IMG/VR virus record: IMGVR_UViG_3300029953_000001
From: a virus
Strand: one strand, 5' to 3'
DNA length: 64,000 nt
The position numbers and the translations under genes are program-made. This document shows, in pieces, positions 20,752-30,733 of this stretch (its first letter is position 1; each line of letters opens with the position of its first letter). Below the pieces are notes generated by a model, which saw only the letters and a list, made by a program, of their open reading frames with translations, searched no databases and was not told the origin of the DNA.

Positions 20752-21050
20752 TGGCGGAGTACGAGTTGGTCGTGGCTAGGCGGGTCACTTTAGTCTGCGC
20801 CCCGGACATCCCTCCAGACGAGCTTACCGTTCTGGAGGGACTCTGTGCCTCATCCCTTGACGACGTGAGAATCCCCACGGTTGTGAACTATCCTGTCAGC
20901 GTACAGAACCTCATTGTGGGCTACAGCCCCTTGCTCGTCACAGCACCAGACATTCCTCCGGCAACACTGGATGAACTTCGCAAGAAGCTCAACGACCCAA
21001 CGATCAAGTTGATTGTCGTCAACTACAACGTTACCGTACAGGAGTTTTAA
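20751..21050 (+). CDS. hypothetical protein with internal duplication
   Basis: APDIPP...VVNY occurs twice. Confidence 0.7.
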   Translation: MAEYELVVARRVTLVCAPDIPPDELTVLEGLCASSLDDVRIPTVVNYPVSVQNLIVGYSPLLVTAPDIPPATLDELRKKLNDPTIKLIVVNYNVTVQEF

Positions 21051-21052
21051 CA

Positions 21053-21982
21053 GTGTTTGAAGCTAAGATACTCAAAGATTCAATCTGTAATGGTCAACGA
21101 CTGACCACAGTGCAGGTCACTTTCCCTCGCATCATCTTGGCTGAGTGGAATACCCATGCGATGTTTGCGCGTAACACATCCAGTAGTCGAGCTATCCCCT
21201 TCGCAAAAATGGTAAAGAACATCATTGATGCTCCCTTTGTCCCTATCTACTGGGGTAAAAATCAGGCTGGGATGGTAGCCTCCGTTGAGCTTGAAGGTAG
21301 CCATCGGGAACAAGCTGTCGTCCTGTGGCTTGAAGCACGTGATGAGGCGGTTCGTATAGCATCTCAGATGGCCGATGCAGGGGGCTTGAATCTCCATAAA
21401 CAAATTCCAAATCGCTTACTTGAGCCGTGGATGTGGACGACTAATTGCACTACAGGGGATGCTGGGGCTTGGTCTAACTTCTTCGCTCTGCGCTGCCACC
21501 CAGACGCAGAACCTCACATGCAGAAGATTGCATACATGGCACAGAAGGCATACTACGAATCCACGCCGACCGTGCTCAAGCCGGGTGAATGGCACACGCC
21601 TTACATCAAGCCGGAGGAGAAGGATGAGTTGGTGAAGTGGGCTCTATCACTCCACCCCGAAATGACCCGAAACTTCTTCAACCCGGAGAAGACCCCCTAC
21701 GTTGCCGAGAAGATGGTTGAGATTTCTACAGGCCGCTGTGCCCGTACTTCTTACCTCACGCAGGAAGGCACTCGTGACTTTGGTGAGGATGTCAAGCTGC
21801 ACGACCGTCTCCGCTTCCACACGCCCCTTCATGCCTCCCCGTTTGAGCATGTGTGTCAGGCGATGGGTGACGGGCAGCGTTACGCCAAGTACATTGGATG
21901 GAAGTCCTACCGGCACTTCCTGCCCAAGGAGTACGTGACTGACTTCCAGCCGAATCACCCGGACTTCACGGTGGCAGTGTAG
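21053..21982 (+). CDS. thyX: flavin-dependent thymidylate synthase
   Basis: AEWNTHAMFARNTSSSRAIP, NFFALRCHPDA, HASPFEH; next to dCMP deaminase. Confidence 0.85.
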   Translation: MFEAKILKDSICNGQRLTTVQVTFPRIILAEWNTHAMFARNTSSSRAIPFAKMVKNIIDAPFVPIYWGKNQAGMVASVELEGSHREQAVVLWLEARDEAVRIASQMADAGGLNLHKQIPNRLLEPWMWTTNCTTGDAGAWSNFFALRCHPDAEPHMQKIAYMAQKAYYESTPTVLKPGEWHTPYIKPEEKDELVKWALSLHPEMTRNFFNPEKTPYVAEKMVEISTGRCARTSYLTQEGTRDFGEDVKLHDRLRFHTPLHASPFEHVCQAMGDGQRYAKYIGWKSYRHFLPKEYVTDFQPNHPDFTVAV

Positions 21983-22383
21983 ATGGTTTCAATGGAGTAT
22001 CTAGCTGGTTATTTAGATGGTGAGGGTTGTTTCACTTTTGTGGGTACTACGATACGTAACAAGAAAATTATGGTAGCGTGCGAAACCACCTTTTCTCCTG
22101 TTATTCGTACCCTGAAAGAAGCATTCGGGGGCTCGTACACAAAGAATATCAGAAAACGAAAAAAGTGTTGGCGACCCACTTACCGATGGGTAGTTGTTAG
22201 TCGAGATGCCGAGAATGCATGTACTAGGCTGCTCCCGATTTGATTGAAAAGCAACAACAAGCGCAGTCCTTGCTAGATTTTCAATCCACTATAACTACGG
22301 GAGGAAAAAGGTTAGGTACCGATACTTTGAAGCAACGTCAAGCTATTGTTGACAAGGTTAAGCAGTTGAAAGGAAGATTATGA
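21983..22383 (+). pseudogene. LAGLIDADG homing endonuclease, frameshifted near 22237
   Basis: YLAGYLDGEG; after LLP the coding sequence continues in another frame as LIEKQQQA...KVKQLK to a TGA overlapping the next ATG. Confidence 0.8.
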
Positions 22384-22847
22384 CGGAACGATGGGACAGG
22401 AAATACTTGGGATTAGCCAAGTATGTGGCTACAAACTGGTCTCACGACCCTTCAACAAAGGTCGGAGCCGTGCTGGTTAATTGGGAACAGCATCAGGAGT
22501 TCCTTGGCTATAACGGATTCCCTCGCGGGGTTGTGGACTCTCCTGAACGCTACGAAGACCGCGAACTGAAGTACAAGCTCGTGGTACACGCCGAAGTAAA
22601 CGCGATACAGAAGGCCGGACTGCTGGCACGTGGGGCAACCTTGTACGTGTACCCCAGTTTTTCCTTCCCCCCTATCTGCAATGAGTGTGCTAAACTTGCC
22701 ATTCAGAGCGGTATCAAAGAGATTGTAGGCTTTGAGCCGGACTTGAACGACCCTCGTGTACAACGGTGGTTGAACTCAATCTCAATCTCCAAGACGATGT
22801 TCGAAGAAGCAGGTATCCCTTGGAGAAGCTTGGTAGAGGAGAAGTAG
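22380..22847 (+). CDS. dCMP deaminase
   Basis: SHDPSTKVGA, GYNGFPRG, HAE, PICNEC. Confidence 0.93.
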   Translation: MTERWDRKYLGLAKYVATNWSHDPSTKVGAVLVNWEQHQEFLGYNGFPRGVVDSPERYEDRELKYKLVVHAEVNAIQKAGLLARGATLYVYPSFSFPPICNECAKLAIQSGIKEIVGFEPDLNDPRVQRWLNSISISKTMFEEAGIPWRSLVEEK

Positions 22848-23003
22848 ATGGAATCTCTCGATGAAAAGCTGGCAGCGTTCGATGAACGTTGCAAGGAACG
22901 GAAGCCTCGGATTGACGCCGAGGAAGCCGCTAGGGAAGAAAACCGGCAAAGAACAAATGCGTCAGGCATACCTAACCCGCACTAGAAGGAAGACTCTGAC
23001 ACC

Positions 23004-24038
23004 ATGACAATCTCCCCCTCCACCCTCAGCAAGCCTCGCGTTCGCACGTACCGCTACAAGGTCGTTCATGTCGAACTGCAAGACTATGCAGTCACCCCCA
23101 TGGGCGGCAGGATGCCTGTATACACCACCTTCTATCGGACTACGACCTCAGATAAGGCCAAGGATTACATCAGGAGCCGGGCGTTCCGTGACATCGTTAT
23201 CCTGAGTGCCACCCGCTACCCTGAGAATTTGGGAACGCTCCCGTACAGTAGTGCGGAAGTGCTCACTCCTACTCAGATGGCCACGTTGGAGAATAACCTC
23301 AAGCTGCGTACTGTCCCTGCTCCGGTTCAGCCTATCACCCCACCTGTCCCTGCTCCGGTTCAGCGTCCCCTCGTTGGTGACCTGTCCGCAGACCAGCTTG
23401 GCGTGTTGCTGCGTGGTGACGTGCTGAGTGTTGGGGGTTACACTGTAGGTGCAATCCCTGCTGTGGCTCCGCCTCTGGCTAAGACGACCACGGCGAAGGT
23501 GGCTCTCGCACACTGGCACCCGTTGTCGCATCTTAGTAGCCTGTTGACCGCAGACCCGCCGAAGGCTTGGGCGTTCGAGAAGGTTGGCACGGGCCGCATC
23601 AACAAGTATGACTCCCCGGATGACGACGGTGACCCGGATGATGTAGATGCCGGTCGTCATGCTTGTGAACTGGTTCAGGCAGCGATTAGCGCCCCCACCC
23701 TTGACGACGGGCTTGTCAGCGACATGTGCGACAAGGTGCTGGACGACATGAACGAGACCGAGAAGACTGAACTGTTCCACCAGCTTGTGGCTGATGGAAT
23801 GTCGGAGTCTGAAGTTAGGGGTACCATCTGGCCGGGTACTCCGTCGGTCAACCCCGTTCTCTCTGGTGAGGTAACTACCTCGGACATGCCCCCAGCTTCT
23901 CGGCCTCTCACCGCTCCCGTACCAACCGACGAGGCCGAGCCCTTCTTCAGCGATAAGTTCGTCACGTGGGGTCTAATCGCTATCGGTATCGGGCTCATGG
24001 GAGCAGTCATGTACTTGGCGGTCGCCGGTGTCAAGTAG
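23004..24038 (+). CDS. Pro-rich protein with C-terminal transmembrane helix
   Basis: Hydrophobic C-terminus. Confidence 0.7.
   Translation: MTISPSTLSKPRVRTYRYKVVHVELQDYAVTPMGGRMPVYTTFYRTTTSDKAKDYIRSRAFRDIVILSATRYPENLGTLPYSSAEVLTPTQMATLENNLKLRTVPAPVQPITPPVPAPVQRPLVGDLSADQLGVLLRGDVLSVGGYTVGAIPAVAPPLAKTTTAKVALAHWHPLSHLSSLLTADPPKAWAFEKVGTGRINKYDSPDDDGDPDDVDAGRHACELVQAAISAPTLDDGLVSDMCDKVLDDMNETEKTELFHQLVADGMSESEVRGTIWPGTPSVNPVLSGEVTTSDMPPASRPLTAPVPTDEAEPFFSDKFVTWGLIAIGIGLMGAVMYLAVAGVK
23311..23364 (+). repeat. 21-nt direct repeat x2 (VPAPVQ)
   Basis: ctgtccctgctccggttcagc at 23311 and 23344. Confidence 0.85.
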
Positions 24039-24480
24039 TTTCAACAACTCGATAGCTGTAGATGAGATTGTAATCGACACCCTGCGTGTGTCCGTTGTTG
24101 AACGGATACGCAACAGGTATCCAATGGTGGCACGGAATCTAACGGTTACACCGTACCTCCCGTACGACACGGCGGAGCATGTCGATTACATCTTCTCCAG
24201 CTTTCTTGCGAACATCCACAAGACCGACAAGACCAAGACACAACTCTATAAGTACCCAGCGACCCCATGGGAGTACCTCAAAGAGAAGTACGCTCCCGTG
24301 TGGTTCCTCAAGCGGCGGCCGGTACGCTACGACACCAAGGATGTGGCCGTGAGTGTAGAGAGAAACTTCATGTGCCCTCACATCGACACACCAGACCTGC
24401 GTCCTCACGTAGTGTACCTTCGTGACGGCACACCATGGTACCCGTTGCTGGAATACCCCATGGCACCCCCTACCCGATAG
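24028..24480 (+). CDS. hypothetical protein
   Basis: Codon bias; start uncertain. Confidence 0.6.
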   Translation: MSSSFNNSIAVDEIVIDTLRVSVVERIRNRYPMVARNLTVTPYLPYDTAEHVDYIFSSFLANIHKTDKTKTQLYKYPATPWEYLKEKYAPVWFLKRRPVRYDTKDVAVSVERNFMCPHIDTPDLRPHVVYLRDGTPWYPLLEYPMAPPTR

Positions 24481-24516
24481 TTCAAATAAAAACCGAAAGA
24501 ATCAGTAATATAGAAC

Positions 24517-24615
24517 ATACTTCCTACCCGGACGTGACTACGCTGGGTTAGTGACCCCCTCCGTTTTATAGGCTGCTAGATGCGGGGAGTGGTTCGCTAT
24601 CCGGGTAGGAGGTGT
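24517..24615 (+). ncRNA. candidate ~100-nt small RNA
   Basis: 16-bp terminal stem starting exactly 12 nt after a GTAATA promoter-like motif. Confidence 0.5.
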
Positions 24616-24703
24616 ATAAATTACCAAAAATTGACAAATTGAACCGCCTGAGCCACTGGTACATGAATTTAATGATATTAGTCCTCTTGAGTAGAGGCAC
24701 AAC

Positions 24704-25387
24704 ATGGCAAGTGAATATTCAGAGCTATACAACAACGATATAGATAAGCTACGCGATGGGCTCGACATTCTGGACAGAGTGGTCGATAGCATCGACGGGC
24801 TCGACATATGGCTCTATGGTATTGTCACTAACCCTAACGTCCTAGAAGTGGCCCGTGGTGCCATCATCAAGTATGATGAGCCTTCGATGGACGACCATGG
24901 CAACTCGACTCTAGAAGATGGGGATGTTCAAGTAACTGAGATTGGTGTATACCTCCTTGTCTCCCCTGATGTTATCGACATGCTCAATGGCAGCGGCTAC
25001 CCTCTGCGTGACCTCCGGTTTGTATATCAAGAGGGGGATGGAGAGGGTACACGTAATTCATTATTCTCGGACTCGGACTCTTTGAGCAATGATGATACGA
25101 TCAGGACTAGCGACATGGGAGAGATTGCAGTCGCACAGTCTGAAAGTTACATCGACAAGTATTTCACAGACAAGAGCAACAAGCTAAAAGTGGGAATCAA
25201 CCGTAAGGTACGTAGGAACGAGGAAGCGACAGAGCACCCACACCCTGTTGGGGCTCAGCCTGAACCTACAGCACCGGCACCCGCTCAACCAGCCGCAAAT
25301 GCTGCACCTGTAACACCGGGGGCACCTGTGCCTAAGCAAACGTCATTGAAGTTATCCAAGATTGTGGAGGAGTTCCTTGGACTCTAG
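24704..25387 (+). CDS. acidic hypothetical protein
   Basis: GAGG RBS; 227 aa. Confidence 0.7.
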   Translation: MASEYSELYNNDIDKLRDGLDILDRVVDSIDGLDIWLYGIVTNPNVLEVARGAIIKYDEPSMDDHGNSTLEDGDVQVTEIGVYLLVSPDVIDMLNGSGYPLRDLRFVYQEGDGEGTRNSLFSDSDSLSNDDTIRTSDMGEIAVAQSESYIDKYFTDKSNKLKVGINRKVRRNEEATEHPHPVGAQPEPTAPAPAQPAANAAPVTPGAPVPKQTSLKLSKIVEEFLGL

Positions 25388-25730
25388 TATCAAGACCACA
25401 GTCTCTGATGCTCGACCCATTGCTCCCGCAGTGAAGCCTGAACTAGCGGCTGCGAAAAGTGGATTCGTAAAAGTAACTCTGTCGTACCTAACTACTCAGC
25501 CGCAGCACTTACGTAGTTTGCTGTTGTATACTTCATGCAACATTCAACCGCCCTACACTGAAGAAGTTTCCATTCTACTCCCAAGCATGAAGGTGTTTGC
25601 AATCCTAGAGACCTTCATCCCTGCGTTCGAGTACCTGCAAAATTCTGGAGTGGTGTCTCACACCGCAGAGCTTCAGAACTTCGAAATAGTAGACGAGGAC
25701 GTACACACTCTCGCTTACGTTTTTGAATAA
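25362..25730 (+). CDS. hypothetical protein (start uncertain)
   Basis: Open frame fills the gap. Confidence 0.45.
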   Translation: MWRSSLDSSIKTTVSDARPIAPAVKPELAAAKSGFVKVTLSYLTTQPQHLRSLLLYTSCNIQPPYTEEVSILLPSMKVFAILETFIPAFEYLQNSGVVSHTAELQNFEIVDEDVHTLAYVFE

Positions 25731-25787
25731 AATTTTTACTTGAAAAATAGTTTCCCAAAACTAAATTCGTCCCGTATACTACGGGAC

Positions 25788-26081
25788 ATGAGCTTGCTGT
25801 CTTTCAACATCAACAACTCAGTGTGGGTCAAGCTTACCGAACTCGGTAGGTCTGTGTACCTTGCTGATGCTCACGCATGGCGTGAAGCGTTGCCTGAGAT
25901 TGCGAGGAAGAATCTCACTCCTGTACAATTGCCTGTGGATGAAGAAGGCTACTCCCGCTTCAGTGGCTGGGAGTTCATGCGTGTCTTCGGCCCGTACATG
26001 TACTTGGGGGCTCCCGGCGTTTTTGACATGAACATCCGAATCAACTCCGACAACATACACCCGATTGAAAGGAACATATGA
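25788..26081 (+). CDS. hypothetical protein (leaderless), first gene of membrane operon
   Basis: TATACT at 25775-25780; FNINNSVWVKLTELG. Confidence 0.7.
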   Translation: MSLLSFNINNSVWVKLTELGRSVYLADAHAWREALPEIARKNLTPVQLPVDEEGYSRFSGWEFMRVFGPYMYLGAPGVFDMNIRINSDNIHPIERNI

Positions 26082-26800
26082 GCGACCAGAAACACCACAG
26101 CCTATTCGACTCCCTCAAGAGCATGGTGGTTGAAGACGACCCCTCTGCCCCCACTCCTGTCCCTGTAGCCCCGGCTCCGGTCGCCGCTGCTGCTGTATCC
26201 CCCTTCTCCTTCGGCTCATCTGCCGCTGGCACTGCCCCCGCGTTCGCTCCTGCGGCCTACACGCCTCCTCCTGCTGGTGCGTCCACACTCTCTTCCTTCG
26301 TGGGTGGAGCGGCACCAGTATCCTCCGCTGAGGCCGAAGACTTTTACCAGAAGCTTTTCACGAAGACCAACTTCGACACCACCGACATTGCGAACACCAT
26401 CAACAAGTTCCTTGAGCCGTTGAAAGCTCTGCCGATGGATGATAACCTGAAGTTCCGCACCGCTGTTGCTCAAGCGAAGGCAAACGCCAACATCACTGAA
26501 GACGCTATCCTCAACACTTTCGACACGCTCAAGACCACGCTGGCGACAGCGGCGGACAACTTCAAAACTAAGGTCGGTGCGTTCGAGGACAAGGAAATCA
26601 CGGCACGTCAGAATCGTCTGGCGGACATCGCACAGCAGCTTACCGCTCTCCAGACTGAGCAGACGCAGGTCACTTCAGACCTCGCGGCGGCACAGGCGAA
26701 GGATGCTGGAACTCAGACGGCGTTCAACACTGCGTTGACCAAGCGTGGTACCGAAATCGACGGGCAGAAGGCTCAGTTCGCCTCGATGCTTACCAAGTAA
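26078..26800 (+). CDS. coiled-coil protein
   Basis: AAGGA RBS; Ala/Pro linker then heptads. Confidence 0.8.
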   Translation: MSDQKHHSLFDSLKSMVVEDDPSAPTPVPVAPAPVAAAAVSPFSFGSSAAGTAPAFAPAAYTPPPAGASTLSSFVGGAAPVSSAEAEDFYQKLFTKTNFDTTDIANTINKFLEPLKALPMDDNLKFRTAVAQAKANANITEDAILNTFDTLKTTLATAADNFKTKVGAFEDKEITARQNRLADIAQQLTALQTEQTQVTSDLAAAQAKDAGTQTAFNTALTKRGTEIDGQKAQFASMLTK

Positions 26801-26831
26801 CTTCAAACCTTCAAAGAGAAAGGCACCCACT

Positions 26832-27932
26832 ATGTCCACAGGCATGACACCATACATTAGCGTCCCTCAGGGATTCACCCCGAAGTCCTTCTGGCAGCGG
26901 CCTGAAGGCGGAGCCGGGAAGGGTCTCATCTACACGGGCATTGCGGCTGCTTGCGTTGCTACGTTCTGGTTTTGGGGACTGATTGTTCCCTTTGTCGTAG
27001 AAACGTTGCAGAACACCGTGCTGTCGGTTGCCTACTTTGCCATCCTGCTTGCGGCGGGTTCCATCGCTCTTGGCGTCGGACCTCTCGGTGGCCTTCGCTC
27101 CGTCATTAGTAACGCTTTCCAGAGCTTCTCGCGTATGGTCGCCCGGTGCTACACTACCATTGACCCTATCGGGATTCTCAACAACAACCTCGATGACATG
27201 CGTAAAGAGAAGGCCACGCTCGACGGAACCGTTCAGCGTTTCGCTGGCTCTGAGAGTATGTTGCAGCGTAACATCGCCTCCAAACAGGCTGAGGCTCAGA
27301 AGGCTTACGCCATGAGTCAACAGGCCGCGAGGATGGCGGCAGCAGAAACCGACCCCATGAAGAAGCAGCAGTTGACCCTTCAGTCGGGCACCGATGAAGA
27401 GAACGCTGGCATGTTGCTTCAGGGCGTGCAGCAGTTGAAGGCTCTTGAAGCTGACACCTCGCACCTTCTCACCACCTTCCAGCAGTGGTCGATGGTCTCC
27501 GACGCAAAGATTCAGCGGACGGCGAACAAGGTCAGCTTCCTCACCACGCAGCGCAAGATGATTCTCGATGCGAAGGCAACTCTCAGCATCGGTCAGCGTC
27601 TGCTCAAGGGCAACTCTCAGCAGGAACAGATGGTCGATATGGCACTGGACTACCTCGAAGAGGATACGTCTCGTACCTTGGGCGAGATTCGTGACTTCTC
27701 TCGCTTCACCGACAAGCTGCTTACCAACGACCAGATTGAATCTGGTGCCAACGCGGAACTCGCTCGTCAGCAGTTTGCAGAGTTCAGTGCGAAGCTCCTC
27801 ACTTCCGGCTCGGCACCGGCTGGTGCAGACCTCATTCAGATTCCGGGTATCTCGTCCCCTGCTCCTGTCCCCATGGCTCGTCCGGCTGGTGGGTTCTCTT
27901 CCACGAGTGACGACATCGACCCGTTCAAGTAG
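26832..27932 (+). CDS. two-TM long coiled-coil membrane protein (PspA-like architecture)
   Basis: Two hydrophobic helices, IDPIGIL, then about 200 aa of coiled coil. Confidence 0.75.
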   Translation: MSTGMTPYISVPQGFTPKSFWQRPEGGAGKGLIYTGIAAACVATFWFWGLIVPFVVETLQNTVLSVAYFAILLAAGSIALGVGPLGGLRSVISNAFQSFSRMVARCYTTIDPIGILNNNLDDMRKEKATLDGTVQRFAGSESMLQRNIASKQAEAQKAYAMSQQAARMAAAETDPMKKQQLTLQSGTDEENAGMLLQGVQQLKALEADTSHLLTTFQQWSMVSDAKIQRTANKVSFLTTQRKMILDAKATLSIGQRLLKGNSQQEQMVDMALDYLEEDTSRTLGEIRDFSRFTDKLLTNDQIESGANAELARQQFAEFSAKLLTSGSAPAGADLIQIPGISSPAPVPMARPAGGFSSTSDDIDPFK

Positions 27933-27975
27933 TTCAACCATCAACCTTCAACCCTGAACTTTTAGGAGAAGCATT

Positions 27976-29817
27976 ATGGCAATCCGAATCAAGCCTCAAG
28001 CCAAGTTGTTCTTGGTCGTTATCGTAGCCGCAGTCGTTGTGTTCGGTCTTCGCTTCGCGATGTCCACGGGGTTGATTCCGACCCCCGGCATCCTGAAGTC
28101 GGTCGTCGCCACGAAGGTGCAGGTTCTCAAACAGGAAGACGCTGTGGTGCAGGGCATTGCCCCGCTCCCCTTCCCTTCCTCCAACCCGGCAAGTCTCTCT
28201 TCCCCTCTGTTCCTCGTGGACGGATGGGAGTGGAACGCACAACACAGCATTTTTCTCGCTTCCGGTGGTGCTGAAACAATGCAGGGTTCCCTGTTCGAGA
28301 AGTACAACGTGAACTACAAGTTCAAGCGTACTGACTCCAACGACACCATGCGTGCTGACATCCTTGCGTGTGCCAATCAGATGGCATCCAAGAACCAGAA
28401 CACGTGTGACACTGGAGCGGCTGCTCTCATCTTCATGGGTGACTCAGGCGGACAGTGGCTGTCGGAACTGAACGCTCAGTTGCTCAAGCTGGACAAGGGC
28501 GTTGGTGCCTACACGGTCAAGCTGTATGGTGCGCTTGGTCGCTCCAACGGTGAGGATGCTTTACTTGGACCTGCTGAGTGGAAGAAGAATCCTCAAACCA
28601 TGATTGGTAAGACTATCGTCGGCGTCATTCGTGACGGTGACTGGAACATCGCCATGGCGTTCGAGGGCTTCAACAACTTGAAGAACAACCCTGACCCGCA
28701 CACCTACAACCCGACCGCTGTGAACTGGATGGCGGCACCGGACGACGATTACATCAAGGCCGTCACCGATGTCTACAACCCGCACAAGTGCGAACAGCGA
28801 CCTGAGGTCGATGACTCTGGCAAGAAGGATGGCAAGATTGCAACCGTTTGCCCGGATGGTGTCGTAACTTGGACGCCGGGAGACGATGATGCCATCCACG
28901 GTCCCATTGACGGGACAACGAAGATTATCTCGTCGCGTGAATACTCGGCTCAGATGCCAGCTACCTTGGCCGTCATCAGCAAGTTCGCCGATAAGAACCC
29001 CGACACCATGTCTGGTTTCTTCGCTGCGTCGTTCACGGCTGCTGACCAGATGAAGGCGTACCCTGCTGCCATCAAGTTTGCTTCGAACGTTGCCGCAACT
29101 GTCTACGCAGACAACACGGGCGACTACTGGTACAACTACTTCGTGGGTGAGAAGGATAAGACGGGCAACCTGATTGGCGGCTCGGCTGTCTTTAACCTTC
29201 AGGACAACCTTCAGTATTTTGGTCTCGTACCCGGATACCAGAACAACATGAAGGCGACCTACGAGACGTTCGCTCGTATCGACATGGAGCAGTACGCCTC
29301 CCTGTTCAAGGATAGCCCCATCCCGACCTACGCTCAGGCGGTCAACACCAAGTACATCCGCTTGGCTGAGGACGCCCTCACCAATAACGGTGTGACGGGA
29401 GGGGGTGCTGAGACCACAGACTACACTGCGGCTATCTCCACGGGTGCGGTCGTGAGCACGGATAAGCAGTATATTGTGTTCGCTACCAACTCGGCTGCTC
29501 TGACTCCGGCTGGCAAGGCTCAGCTTGACCAGTTGGCAACTACGCTCGGTATCGCCAAGTCTCTTGCGTTCGAGATTGACGGCTACACTGACAACGCGGG
29601 TGACCAGACTCCAACTGGGCATCAGCACAACATCGACCTGTCCGCACAGCGTGCTGCTGCGGTGAAGGCTTACCTCATGTCGTACGCTCCGCAGGACTTC
29701 CCTGCTGCTCGGTTCAAGGCTGTCAAGGGCCTCGGCTCTGCGAACCCGGTGGCTCCGAACGACACGACGGATGACAAGCAGAAGAACCGCCGTGTGGAAA
29801 TTTTGCAGATTGGGTAA
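27976..29817 (+). CDS. ABC-type (NitT/TauT-like) substrate-binding domain fused to OmpA-like peptidoglycan-binding domain
   Basis: N-terminal TM; GRSNGED, VTWTPGD; OmpA-C motifs FATNSA, GYTDNAG, LSAQRA, NRRVEI. Confidence 0.85.
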   Translation: MAIRIKPQAKLFLVVIVAAVVVFGLRFAMSTGLIPTPGILKSVVATKVQVLKQEDAVVQGIAPLPFPSSNPASLSSPLFLVDGWEWNAQHSIFLASGGAETMQGSLFEKYNVNYKFKRTDSNDTMRADILACANQMASKNQNTCDTGAAALIFMGDSGGQWLSELNAQLLKLDKGVGAYTVKLYGALGRSNGEDALLGPAEWKKNPQTMIGKTIVGVIRDGDWNIAMAFEGFNNLKNNPDPHTYNPTAVNWMAAPDDDYIKAVTDVYNPHKCEQRPEVDDSGKKDGKIATVCPDGVVTWTPGDDDAIHGPIDGTTKIISSREYSAQMPATLAVISKFADKNPDTMSGFFAASFTAADQMKAYPAAIKFASNVAATVYADNTGDYWYNYFVGEKDKTGNLIGGSAVFNLQDNLQYFGLVPGYQNNMKATYETFARIDMEQYASLFKDSPIPTYAQAVNTKYIRLAEDALTNNGVTGGGAETTDYTAAISTGAVVSTDKQYIVFATNSAALTPAGKAQLDQLATTLGIAKSLAFEIDGYTDNAGDQTPTGHQHNIDLSAQRAAAVKAYLMSYAPQDFPAARFKAVKGLGSANPVAPNDTTDDKQKNRRVEILQIG

Positions 29818-29840
29818 AACTAACCTGTAGGCTAACCAGA

Positions 29841-29864
29841 GAAGGGGCGGTTCGCCGCCCCTTC
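29841..29864 (+). other. intergenic stem-loop (UUCG) between SBP and permease genes
   Basis: GAAGGGGCGG-TTCG-CCGCCCCTTC. Confidence 0.75.
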
Positions 29865-29878
29865 CTTGTGAGGATTGA

Positions 29879-30730
29879 ATGGCAACTCAAGCTGTAGTTC
29901 CCGCTGTAACCAGTGTCCCCCTGAAAGACAAACTGAAGTTTTTCCTGCGTGTGTCTATCAACTCTGTCTCCCCTCTGCGAACTGTGAACAAGACAGTCGC
30001 CACAGGCATCTTCGCTTCGACCATAGTTGTCCTGCTCGGAGCATGGCTATTCAGCCCGTGGGCTCTACTCCCCACCCCGGCTGAGGTATGGCATTGCTTC
30101 ACCGACCTGTGGATGAACAGTGGACTTGGCAACCAACTCATCGTCAGCTATGTGCTCAACCTTCAGGCCATCGGTGTGGCTCTTATCGCCTCGCTGTCAA
30201 TCTCGTACCTGTCAGTTATCCCCATATTCAAACCAACTGCTCAGATGACCACCGCTCTTCGTATGCTGTCCATGGTGGGTATTTCACTCGCGTTCGAGTT
30301 GACCTTCGACTCTAAGCACACGGTCAAGGTTGCGATGTTAGCCTTCTCTATCTCGGTATGGTTCATCACGTCCATGCTGGATGTCATCAAGAACATCCCC
30401 AAGGAACAGTTTGACCTTGCCCGTACTCTCCGCTTCAGTCAGTGGCGTATCGTGTGGGAAGTAGTCATCCTTGGCACTGCGGCTCAGGCTTTCGACGTAC
30501 TCCGCCAGACCGCTGCCATGGGTTGGATGATGCTTACCTTGGTTGAAGGTATCGTGTTCGCTGAGGGTGGCGTCGGCACCATGCTACAGACCATGCAGCA
30601 TCACGCGAAGTATGGTGATATCATGGCGATTCAGATTTGCATCCTCATCATCGGTATCGGTCAGGACTACATCTTCGGCTTCCTGAAGAACATGTTCTTT
30701 GGTTACGCTAACCTGACGGTGGAGAACTAA
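29879..30730 (+). CDS. ABC transporter permease
   Basis: About 6 TM; LLPTPAEV; EAA-like FDLARTLRFS loop; EGGVG. Confidence 0.88.
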   Translation: MATQAVVPAVTSVPLKDKLKFFLRVSINSVSPLRTVNKTVATGIFASTIVVLLGAWLFSPWALLPTPAEVWHCFTDLWMNSGLGNQLIVSYVLNLQAIGVALIASLSISYLSVIPIFKPTAQMTTALRMLSMVGISLAFELTFDSKHTVKVAMLAFSISVWFITSMLDVIKNIPKEQFDLARTLRFSQWRIVWEVVILGTAAQAFDVLRQTAAMGWMMLTLVEGIVFAEGGVGTMLQTMQHHAKYGDIMAIQICILIIGIGQDYIFGFLKNMFFGYANLTVEN

Positions 30731-30733
30731 TAT

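Noticed and set aside
26811-27944. Long antisense ORFs (also 11698-12921, 28561-29628, 44330-45637)
   Set aside because: Shadows of strongly biased + strand genes; no motifs or RBS
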